A stretch of DNA of 63,665 bases, filler included, from Dimorphilus gyrociliatus (Eukaryota > Animalia > Annelida): NCBI GenBank assembly GCA_904063045.1. It is 4 parts of 4 records of this genome, joined end to end, with 100 filler letters (N's around TTAATTAATTAA, not from the genome) between each part and the next. Parts side by side here need not be neighbours in the genome. Positions count along the whole stretch, not along the records: positions 43,286 to 52,540 come from CAJFCJ010000070.1; positions 52,641 to 63,665 come from CAJFCJ010000176.1; 2 more parts are not named here. The stretch is one strand, 5' to 3'. The notes beneath the pieces were generated by a model. That model was not told the DNA's origin, ran no database searches, and saw only the letters and a list, made by a program, of their open reading frames with translations. The position numbers and the translations under genes were made by a program. Positions 50,190 through 60,995 of this stretch are shown in pieces (position 1 is the first letter of the stretch; every line of letters begins with the position of its first letter).

Positions 50190-50960
50190 TGAAATGTAAC
50201 AGTCTCATAATGCACATATAACAAAAACAAAAAAAACTATTACATCACTTATGGCTAACATGTGGCAGTGCAAAAACAAGCCTGCCTGTTCCTCATCTGT
50301 TTTTGAATAAGATGTAACAAGTTTGATATGCATTTTATCTATATTGTTTGTTAATTCCATAATGGCACCATCTGTTATGGTCAAAGAATCTATTTCCTGC
50401 AAAATAAAGGTGTTTCTAAAGTTCTAGAATCTAATTCTACTAATTAAAAGTCTTTCTAAAGCTCCACAATTATAATTTGTATGACATAAAAGTGATTCTA
50501 TAATTCCCCCATTATAATTGCTACAAAATAAAAGCCTTTCTAAAATTCTATAATATCTAAAGTCTAAATATCACAGAGTGTACGACTTTTAATCAATAAT
50601 AGACCCAGAAAGCATCAAGAAAGCAAAAACACACCCTTGGTAATATGATACAGATATCATAACTCATACTGTGAAAGTCTACAGAAAGTGAAAAATTAAA
50701 TATGAATGATTTTGGAACTATAATAAAGAAAGGAGTTAAAAATTTAAATATTAATCCTCGTTTTTTCAAAAAAATTTTTGTATAATCAAAGAAGTTATTT
50801 TCAATTGTTCATGACTAGTAACAAATACATTTTAAATATTCAAATTCTCACCTATTCCTTCCTGCTCATTATTAACACACCAAAGTACTGGTCCTAATAG
50901 AACCTAAAGTTTGTCCACAAGTATTAGCAAGTAAATGATATTTGTCCAAAGATTTGTATT
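50190..50960 (-). mobile_element. Further L2-related fragments
   Basis: 50190-50590 aligns to 1733-2348, and 50870-50960 aligns to the shared 3' segment. Confidence 0.6.
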
Positions 50961-52540
50961 TTACCAAATAAGATAGGTATTGACTATTCTGAGCCTTTAT
51001 CTCTAAAATAAACATTTCATTGCAAATTAAATACAACATGTAAAAATTGACAAGATTGTCTGTCTAGAGAGATTTTCTCTTACCAGTTTATATTTTCTTT
51101 CAAATAGATTTACAATCTAGATTGAAAGTTTGAAATATGATAAGCTATTTTGAAAGTAAAGGTTATTTGATATGTTACACAACAATAAATGGTGTCTGGT
51201 ATCTAATCTAGATTTTGGAATGCATCATGCTAATGTTTGTTCCTAACATTCAACTGATTTTATTCTTTGTGTTTTCTAATTGATTTTCTCTCTTTTATAG
51301 TTATTTTGTAAGAAATTCGGATTTAAAAATGTTTTGCTATAAACTATACCTAGATCCTAATTCTTGTATTATGTCTGTTTAAAGCTCCTTTGAGCAGTTT
51401 TCTCTATCCACATTTTTGTTAGTATTCCCAGTTACTTTTATGAGTCACATGGTTGCTTTGCAACCAGACTAAATGAATGATTGATTTTTAACATTAAATT
51501 TTTTTATTAGTCTCTGCAATAACATTTTGCATGGATTGTTCTACCTACTTAAGTTTGGACAGCTGTTTCAACTATATGTTTCCAAGTATGTCACATACTT
51601 CATTTGATGGAATTTTTTTAAAGTATTTTATTAATGATCCTTATTTTTTCCAACAATCTATAAATTATAGGCTTACTTAAAAACCAATTCAGACTGACAG
51701 ACCACTTGGTGTTACATCTCACTAAAAGCTTATATGGTTAAGATTAGTGTTGCTATTAGAAGCAGTTACACTAAAGAAAGGTTTGAGTGTTTTATGGCAG
51801 GGTTAGGTTAACTAACCTAAATACCATGGTCTATTTTCAATCCATGTATGGCTACATCTTTTATAATTTTTATATACAGGGTTAAATTCCCCATTAACAG
51901 CAAATGACCTAAACTAGTTGGCCATAAACCAGATATATATTTGTAGGTTGTTTATATACAAGTTTACATTTGTGAATCCAGTTGAATAAATCCAACTGAA
52001 AAGTAGAAAAAAATCCAAACTATTTTAAGTAAGAAGACTTCAAAATGGCTACTGAGCAATGGAGAAGAATATAAATAAAGGCAAAATGTTTTTGACCACT
52101 TTGTAAAATGTGTAACAAATATTTTTCAAACATGAACAACTATTACATAGCATTATGTAAAACGTACAATTTTCTTTGATGAGCATCTTTTGATTCTTTC
52201 CAATTCATTGTGGCTCGTCTGTTATAGTCAAATTATTCTTATTTAATTGTAATTTGCTGCTTTTAAATGAATCACTAAGCTCAAATATCTGACAAACAGA
52301 GAAAGTTTTAATTTAAGAATTGAAGTACGGAACATAGAAAGATGAACAGAACAGAATTCTGTAATCCATTAGTGAAGATGATGCGAATTTTCTGTATTAC
52401 ACTGTTTGATATTTGTTAAATAAATACATAATTTCTAAGTAGAATTCAATTGTTATTTACAGAATTTTCACAGATACTCTTCATTTTCTTGTACAGTTTC
52501 ATTAGAAGGTCTACAAGATTCTGGAATGTTATACGTGCAA

Positions 52541-52640
52541 NNNNNNNNNNNNNNNNNNNNNNNNNNNNNNNNNNNNNNNNNNNNTTAATTAATTAANNNN
52601 NNNNNNNNNNNNNNNNNNNNNNNNNNNNNNNNNNNNNNNN
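52541..52640. other. Artificial contig spacer
   Basis: N44-TTAATTAATTAA-N44. Confidence 0.99.
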
Positions 52641-52971
52641 CCCATTTTTATTTAAAAAGTTTCTTATTGTTCTGGGATTCACAGCTAAACCTGTACTATT
52701 TTCTATATTTCTAGCTATTTTAGGACTAGAAATCAAACTATCATTTTTGATCAAAGACTTAATCATTGATAAATGCTTTGATTTAAGACCTTTGGGCCTG
52801 CCAGAACCAAGCTTTCTATCAGTATTATTATGCTGTTGAAATTTAGTGACTATTCTACTGATAGTCGATACACTAACACCTGTTTTTATCGAAATTTCTT
52901 TATAAGTAAATCCCTCATTTCTTAGTGTAAGAACCCTGACCCTTGACTACAGAAGAATAGTGATGTTTCAT
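52641..52971 (-). mobile_element. Tc1 transposase N-terminal HTH fragment
   Basis: VLTLRNEGFTYKEISIKTGVSVSTISRIVTKFQQHNNTDRKLGSGRPK...TIRNFLNKNG, truncated by the contig start. Confidence 0.8.
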
Positions 52972-53656
52972 AAGGGTCAAATATACGAAGTTTTTTTATA
53001 TGATTATGGAAGGAAAATTGACTTTTTTTTTTTTCTTTTTTCCCCATCATGAGCAATTCGTTGATATTTTTATGATGTTTTGATTAAAAAACAATATTAG
53101 AAACAAGTAGAAAGATATATTTGAATAGCTTATCCATATATTAATAAAAACATTATATAAACATCGCTTTAATTACATCGTAAAATACGACTTTCCATTC
53201 AATTATATTTTTTTCATTTTTTTCCCCTACTGTAATTTTTGTATATTCTATTGTTGTTTAAATATAGAATGTTGTTTATTAGTTTGAAGCCACTTGCTCT
53301 AGTAATAAACAATCTCCTTGCTTCTCCTTTCAAATCGTTTGGGATTACGTTTCTATTGATGTAATTTATAATGTTTTCTTTATCTTCCTGTTGAAGATAT
53401 TTGGAATTCTTGCCAGTTCTGGGCTCTCCTTTTTATATTTTATATAAAAAGCCCTATCAATTTAGTAATGTAGTTAATTCTTCCATTTTGCAAATTTTTA
53501 GAAATTGTGGTAAACTTTCCCATTAGTTTTTTTTGGGGGATAGCAAAAACCCCTATTAAATTAGTAATGTAGTTAATTCAGACCAACCAAAATAGTAAAA
53601 ATAGGGGGTAAAACAATTTAATTTTCAGAATTTTATGGTAATTTAATTTAAATTTT

Positions 53657-54639
53657 GGTCAAATTTGCTTTCAGGGCCTCTTAAAAAAAATATTAGAAAA
53701 AATAAATAGATAGTTTCTTTTAAAATAAAGTTTTATTAATTTTTATTCGCGCAAAAACTTTCATAAGCGGATTTTCTTTTTTTAGAAATAAATAATCTTT
53801 TATATGTTCACTTAAATTGTTTTTTATATTACTTCCTCTTGTTTTCAGGTAGTGTTTCAACCATTTCCATTGATTTTTACATTTTGAGCGTGAACTTCTG
53901 GTATAATTTTATCTTTAAATGCATCTTTATGTTTTATTGTGAAATGTCCATATTCATATAATTTAATATCACAATATCCTTTCCATTCATCGGTAATGAT
54001 TACAGAATATTCTTCTACCTTTCTATTGATGATTTTTTGGAGTGTTTTTTATCTCTTCTCATTGCAACTTCAAAAAAACACTCTTTTGTCGATCTACATA
54101 GTCCCCCAACTACCCAAACTTGTTCATTACACCTTCCTATATTATACTTGCGTTTACTAACTGCACTTTCATCAATTTCTACTACCTTTCCATCACCTCC
54201 TATTTTAGTCAAATAATCTAGCCCGATTTTGCTACGAATCAAATCAATCACTGTTTTATTAAGCTTATAATTAACTCCACATTCCATGTTTATTCACAGA
54301 ATGGTGTTTTAACAGACCATTCGTAGATTATAAAAATTATTTGTTTCAAAGATGCTTTGATATTTGCAAATACTGAACTTTTTCGTATTGAAATCTTCAA
54401 CTTATCACATTTTTTAGACTTACACAACCAAATTAATCCGTCAACATTGTGATGTGGTACTAAAAACATTCCTTTTCTGCATTTTTTACAAAAAGACTTT
54501 TTTTTCAAAACTCCCAAATCACATAACCAACAAAAAAAATAGCGTGGACAGATAATTTTTTTCATGCAATTCTATTCTACTTACAACCATTTGGGGGCAA
54601 TTTTACAGAACTTTAAGGGCCCTAAAAGCAAATTTTACC
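53657..54639 (-). mobile_element. Merlin DNA transposon, full length, frameshifted transposase
   Basis: TIR GGT(C/A)AAATTTGCTTT(C/T)AGGGCC with an exact 8-bp TSD TAAATTTT. It has a zinc ribbon, GGDGKVVEIDES, WVVGG, TDEWKGY and VHAQN. Confidence 0.9.
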
Positions 54640-56873
54640 TAAATTTTTTATGTAGTTTATTCTCCAGATGTACTTAATTAGGACTAACAATAAATGTTTG
54701 AGGGTTAAGATAAAACTTTTGAATACTTTTTTTTAGGCGTTTTAAATAAATACGAAATTAAATTATACAATATTTTAATTTTATTATAAAACTGTATAGC
54801 TGTTGTTTTTTAAGTATATTGGTTGGTTGTTTTAGGTTCAATTAAAACACTTTCTTGATTTATTTTTAATTTTATTAAATCATAACAATTTAAGAACGCC
54901 CTTTATATAAACATGATTAGGTTCAAATCTATTATAAATCACTTCTACTATTTTAAATTGTATATTATTGCTGACAATTATATAATTTATTAATAACTCT
55001 ATCTAAATTGATAGTCGTCGTATTTTCAGAAAATAAAAATCGATTATTTTATTTTTAACTTTTATTTATAGCGTTATTGTAAATTGATAAGGTTTAGAAC
55101 AAAATATTAACTTTATATTGATTTTAGAAAATACTGTAGTAAAATATTAGAAAAGGTGGTGAAATTCGAGATTTTATTAAATTGTTAGAATTGAGTAATT
55201 TTAAACTTCTAATAATCATTTTTCAAGTGTTAAAGTTTATTAGAAGTTTGGTTCTTTGTTTTTATCTCCTAATTATAATTCTAGATCAGACCCGTTCGAG
55301 ATATATTTAGCTTTTAACGTTCTTTTTAACTTTAACCATGAATTTTTAATATAAACAAAATTTATAAAACTGAAAACCTCATTGAATTGTATATAACTGG
55401 CTCATTCATCACTTAAAATTACAGTTCTGAAGATAGAGAGGGATTAACTTCAATATAGTTTAGATATGAAATTTAAATTCCAATTTTGATTAACTAACTT
55501 TCATTTTAATGAGTTTTCCCTATTTACTACTTTTTTATCGAGTGCAACTTTTCATATTAACTAAATACTTTTAAATTAATATTCTTATAATAATACTATA
55601 ATCTATAATTATTCTTATTTCTTGTAGGAAACCTAAAAACATTGTTATCTTTGTAATAAAAATTTAAGTATTACTTTTTTTTACAGATTAAACGCAAAAA
55701 ATCAAATTTAAATGTGTCTTCTACGAGTACAAAAGATTAATTATATAATGAACAATAGTAATATCTATTTATAATGTTTTCATTGGATAGTTAGTTGATA
55801 ATGTCATCAGTTGATATTAACTATTTATCTTTAATTTTATCAAGACAACAGGTAAAAATATTCGCTAGAAGCTAAGGTTTAACGGTATAATCTTCTGTTT
55901 TCAAATAAGAAATTTTAAGACTTTCAAGTTTTATAAAGATATTATTTAAATCTCAAATTATAAGTCATTAACGAAAATGTCACTGTAGTTCATCTATTCT
56001 TGATAAAGTTATCAATTATAGTAAAAAATTATTTTTATTCATTACTAGGTGAGAGTACACTAATAGTCTTATAAACTAGGCAATTCTATAAGACATCTTA
56101 ATATTAAAAACAGCTGGAGGGGTGCTTAAACACTTATTGTATCATTATTAAAAGATTTTATTTACATAATAAGAAGTAGCTCCAGAATATTTTTCTTTCA
56201 GTCTTTTAAAATTTGGTTTTCTTAGTGTATAATCAATAAAATATAAAGTTTTTCTTAAATCGGCTTTTTTCGCTAACTCTGGCCCTTAAATGGTATCCCC
56301 ACAAGAATATAATTTTGTATATACCATTTCTTAAAACTACATTTTTAAACTTTCAACTTTTGTGTTTCATTAAATTACAAAGATATTTTAAGTTATGTGA
56401 GTACAGAATGATTTCACCATTTTTCCATTATTTGTGACAAATTTGTTTTTTAATATGAGATAGATACAAATTCTTGAAATAAATAGGTATTAAAATCATT
56501 CTAAATCATTTTTTATATAAAATCAAAAAAAAAGAGCAATTCGCTGTATATCTTTGTTTTATATCTTTTTCTACATCATATGCTAACTCTTAACAATTAT
56601 TGAATTTTTCATTAAAATAAAAAGGGATTTCATTTGATGATTGATAATTAATTTAGAATTAAAAAAATAAAAATCTTATAATTAATTTTATAGATGTAAA
56701 AAATTAAGACTTTTTATATGAGATACAATTTGGAATGCAATAATTAAAGCTTTATATACAGTTTTTTGAAGAGCAAAAGGTTTTAACGAAATATTGTTAT
56801 TTACGTCTTTCAATATCCCTGACAAAGAAGTTTTTAGAATTGGTTTTAATTAAAGATCATCAAAACTTTCTCT

Positions 56874-58202
56874 TTAATTTTCCACATCAAGTCCATTGTC
56901 TTTTACTGTAAACAGTGTTTGACGTAGTTCTCGATCGTATATCAAAGCAATATAAGGCTTATCAACAACAATCTTTTTTGGGGGCATGCCTTTAGCAAAA
57001 AGTGCGTCGGCAGCAGCAGCACCTTCTACTCCTTTCTCATCAATTTTAACTCTAACCTTCATCACAAATTTAACAAAATCTTGATTAGGACCGTGCTGAT
57101 AGGTCTCTGGTAAGATTTCATCTAGGTTAATATCTTCACAGACTTGATCGAACTTAGGAAAATAAACTATTCTTTCTGTATCTTTAAAAGCATCATATTT
57201 CATTGTAAAATTATTCTCTTCACCAAATGTGTAATTTTTGATAAATCTTGTATAAACTTCTTTCCATTCCTTGGCATTACTAACCAAAAATCTGGGTGCA
57301 ATATAAATAGCCTCAAATCTATTACTGTTTCCATCATCATTAAATGGTAAAATGAAGACATCTATTAGTTTCTGTGCATCTAACATATATCTACTTACTT
57401 TTATATCGATTCCGGGGCTATAAACGTATTCTCTGCTTACCTCTTTACCTTCGATATTGGTAAATTTCTTTTTCTCTTTCATAGCAAGTAAACCGTGCTG
57501 CCATGTACCTTTAAAGTATAAAATGCTAAGATAAATTCGTGCATCCGGTTCAAGTATATCAGATTCTTCCAAAGTGTAACCTATCATCCCATTTGTTAGT
57601 TGCTTTACTTGATCATCGACTTTCTTTATAACTGATTGTACTTTTTCCATATTTTTAGAATGCGTATGTAATGATAAGTGGTTTGTAATATCTTTACCTT
57701 TAACGCGATTGCTAATTATATCTTCTGCAGTTACTACAATAATATGAGATTTTGCCATTAAATCTTGGTTTCTTCGCCATCCAAGTCCTTCTTTTCTGAT
57801 ATCATAAGAACAGTTTTTCAAATTTGGAAAAGCAATATCTAATAAGCTATTTTCTCCAGTAAACAAGTCATATTCACCAACTAGTGCCTGTGCTAAAACA
57901 TTGTTAAAGAAACAAGCAAAGGAAAACAGCTGTTCTTTATTTGATGAATTTTTAAAAAACTCAACATTTGCTTGAATATCACAGTGTGATAGGCTACTTT
58001 TGTCGTGATAAAGTTTATCCATAGCAATTCTGAGATAATTTGAGGCTTTTACATTGCTACTTGTATTTGGCCTTTGCTGGTCTTCCTCTTCAAAAGATGA
58101 GGAAGCAGCTGATGAATCACAATCAACAATATCTCCGGTAAAGTCAGATGGAAACAAGATGTTACTAACCATAATTTGTGAAACTAGAAATAAAATGTTC
58201 AT
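56874..58202 (-). CDS. Serpin (serine protease inhibitor), probably secreted
   Basis: An intact 442-aa ORF with LYFKGTW (breach), PKF, hinge KVRVKIDEKGVEGAAAA and VDKPYIALIYD, plus a hydrophobic N-terminus. Confidence 0.9.
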   Translation of the reverse strand: MNILFLVSQIMVSNILFPSDFTGDIVDCDSSAASSSFEEEDQQRPNTSSNVKASNYLRIAMDKLYHDKSSLSHCDIQANVEFFKNSSNKEQLFSFACFFNNVLAQALVGEYDLFTGENSLLDIAFPNLKNCSYDIRKEGLGWRRNQDLMAKSHIIVVTAEDIISNRVKGKDITNHLSLHTHSKNMEKVQSVIKKVDDQVKQLTNGMIGYTLEESDILEPDARIYLSILYFKGTWQHGLLAMKEKKKFTNIEGKEVSREYVYSPGIDIKVSRYMLDAQKLIDVFILPFNDDGNSNRFEAIYIAPRFLVSNAKEWKEVYTRFIKNYTFGEENNFTMKYDAFKDTERIVYFPKFDQVCEDINLDEILPETYQHGPNQDFVKFVMKVRVKIDEKGVEGAAAADALFAKGMPPKKIVVDKPYIALIYDRELRQTLFTVKDNGLDVEN

Positions 58203-58729
58203 AGGTAGATTGTTTTTTTCTTTTTTTATAGTTTTGGATACGTGTTTATTTCCAGGATAGGTTCTTTAAAAAAGAAAAAGGAGGTCGCGAAACAGCGTTA
58301 TATTGATTTTTATATTCAATTTTATGTATATTTTTTTTATAAAGAAAATTTAAGTTTTGTGATTTACTTTCTATTTAGTATAAAAATGATTAGATTAAAC
58401 TGTCGTAGGTAAATTAGATATTTATTCTAAAATCCTAAAAAGAGATTAAAAAAGGGGGAGGACTTCCACGTTTAATAAAGGACCAATCACAGAAAACAGT
58501 TTTTACGTGTAGCTTTTTTGAATAATAATTAAGTATTGTTTCAACTACATGCAACAAAAACTTGAAATAACTTTTTTTTCATAGAAATATTAAAAAAAAA
58601 AAACGGACTAAAGTCAAAAAGATATTGCCCCTCGTCGTATACTAAAAAAAAATTTACCCCCTAATTTTTGTTTCTTAAAAATGAAAAAAATAAAAAAAAA
58701 TTAGTAAAAGTTTCAAAAAAGTTGCCAGG

Positions 58730-59250
58730 ATACCATCCTTTTAACGTAAATCTCGTCAGATAGAGTGTTATCTCGGACATTTACTCACATTTATTAACAA
58801 CTACAAGCTTAATAGCTCTCTAATTTCAATTATTGTATTCGTATAAGATCCTGTGATAGAATTTTTAGAATTATTTTTAAAACTCACTTTAAGATGTTTC
58901 AATTGATTGACAAATCTTTATAGCCTTGCCAATAATCTGTATGAACAACACTGCCTTCCTTTATGTATAAATCAAGCATTAGATTTATAGCATAGCCTTC
59001 TCTCCTTACCACTGGTACTTACTTATATTATTTTTCTTCTGAGTGTTCTTTCTACTAAACCTAACACCCATATCCTTTCAACTGTTCTTGCTTTGTTATA
59101 TTCGGTTTTACTAAATTTTGATTTATCTACCTCGATTTCTATCCTATTTTCTCCTATTGACTCAAACTTTTTATGCTAGAATTCTTCTACCTTTAGTATC
59201 AAAAGTTTCAGGTAGAAATATAATGTTTTTTAAAAGTTATGAGTTGTTCT
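58730..59250 (-). mobile_element. Merlin transposase remnant
   Basis: IGENRIEIEVDKSKFSKTEYNK..IWVLGLVER..GSVVHTDYWQGY, with stops. Confidence 0.75.
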
Positions 59251-59834
59251 ATTTGTTTAAAGTTATAATTATTTAACCTTACATAAAATTAGAGCTTTTT
59301 TATAAAAACAACTTATTTCGTATCTAAATACTTAAATTTACATATAAAAACTATGTTTTATAACGGACTTGGTATAATTTAAAATAAACTATTGCATTCC
59401 TTTGTTCACTTTTAAACAAAACATGTAAAAGTAACTGATTTATAAAGGTATCGCTAAGAAAACACCTCATGATTATAAGGCTAATTTTTTTCGTATACTC
59501 TGAGGGATAGTAATTAGTTCTTTTTTCAAATATAAAAGTCTTTATTAAGAATATAAAAACCTCATCTTATATTAAAATAGGTTTACATTTATATAAGATA
59601 AGATTCTACTATTCTAAATAAAGTCTTTTATATTTATCAACAAGCCTAACCTTTTAATCTTTATATTAATAAACTCTATTTTTTGAAAGATAAAGTTGTC
59701 TTTTAATACTAAAACATTTATATTATTCATTGCTGTAGCTTTTATGCTATTGTCTCCTTATAATATTATTTTTAGCTCTACAGCTGAGCCTACTTCTATA
59801 TCTCATCTTAATACTAAACTTAATACTAAAATCA

Positions 59835-59863
59835 AATAATAATAATAATAATAATAATAATAA
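59835..59863. repeat. (TAA)n microsatellite
   Basis: About 9 units are directly visible. Confidence 0.9.
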
Positions 59864-60193
59864 GATAGATCAATAAATTATGATATTTTTACTAAAAATA
59901 TATCTTTCTAAAAAGCTTTAGAATCACGTTTTTATTAACTTTTAAACATATTTTATTGTTTCTATCAAAGTATAAAAAGTTAAATTTGTATTTATTTTAG
60001 CTTCTCTTCTATATATTTAGCTTAAATTTATATTGTTTTTAGAATACGTATAGTTTTCTATAAGACTTTTTGTATATTCTTTATATACATAATCAACTTT
60101 AAATAAGTAATACAATGTGTAAAAAAAAAGTGAACAAATGAACATATTAAAGCAGCTATTATAAAAATCTTATTTATATAAAAATTAATTTAT

Positions 60194-60463
60194 TTATTCT
60201 GTTTCTGAACTACAAATCTCTTCATTAGCTTTTCTATTAGCAATTCTTTGTAAACTTCTAATTGTTTCAAATACTGTTTTAGAATCACATTCATCTAATA
60301 AAGTGATTGATAATTGTTTAGAAAAATAATTAAAATCTTGAGAATTACAATTTATTTTGTAATTTCTAAAAATATTTTGTATTTCTCTTTTTAGTTGGAT
60401 TAGTTGTTTTTTAGATTTGTTTAGCTTTAGTTTTGACATTTTGTTAATTAAATTGTTTGACAT
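60194..60463 (-). CDS. Hypothetical 89-aa protein
   Basis: An ATG-started ORF downstream of PFK on the same strand, helical and charged in composition; no domain recognised. Confidence 0.35.
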   Translation of the reverse strand: MSNNLINKMSKLKLNKSKKQLIQLKREIQNIFRNYKINCNSQDFNYFSKQLSITLLDECDSKTVFETIRSLQRIANRKANEEICSSETE

Positions 60464-60489
60464 AAAAAGTTATAATAGAAAAGAAGGGA

Positions 60490-60965
60490 GACAAAAAAAA
60501 ATAAAAAAAATAAAATTGTAAAATAAATTCAAAAAAAAGATTTTTAAAAAAATAAAAAATACAAAATAAATCAAAATTATAAAAATTAAAAAAAAAATAA
60601 TATTATAAAAATTAAAAAAAAATAAAAATAAAAAAAATAAAAAATAAAATAAATTCAAAAAAAAGATTTTTAAAAAAATAAAAAATAAAATAAATTCAAA
60701 AATAAAATAAAAAAATAAAAATATAAAAAAATAAAAATATATCATATATATAAAAATAAAAAAAAAATAAAAAATACAAAATAAATCAAAATTATAAAAA
60801 TTAAAAAAAAAATACAAAATAAAATAAAAAAATAAAAAAAATAAAATAAATTAGAAATTGTATATATAGAATTGTATAAAAATACAAAATAAATCAAAAA
60901 TACAAAATAAAATAAATTCAAAAATAAAAAAATAAAAATATAAAAAAATAAAAATATATAAATAT
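60490..60965. repeat. A-rich low-complexity array with internal duplications
   Basis: Blocks such as AAATAAATTCAAAAAAAAGATTTTTAAAAAAAT and ATACAAAATAAATCAAAATTATAAAAATT recur. Confidence 0.85.
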
Positions 60966-60995
60966 ATAACTTTTTATGAATAATTAAATATATGT

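Noticed and set aside
51803-51820. TTAGGTTA-AC-TAACCTAA hairpin as a telomere fusion
   Set aside because: It is too short to distinguish from chance or from a repeat remnant.
54700-56800. Possible degraded genes between Merlin and the serpin
   Set aside because: No motif could be supported by eye.
60470-60817. 115-aa Phe/Ile-rich membrane protein
   Set aside because: It is a translation of the T-rich strand of a low-complexity repeat.
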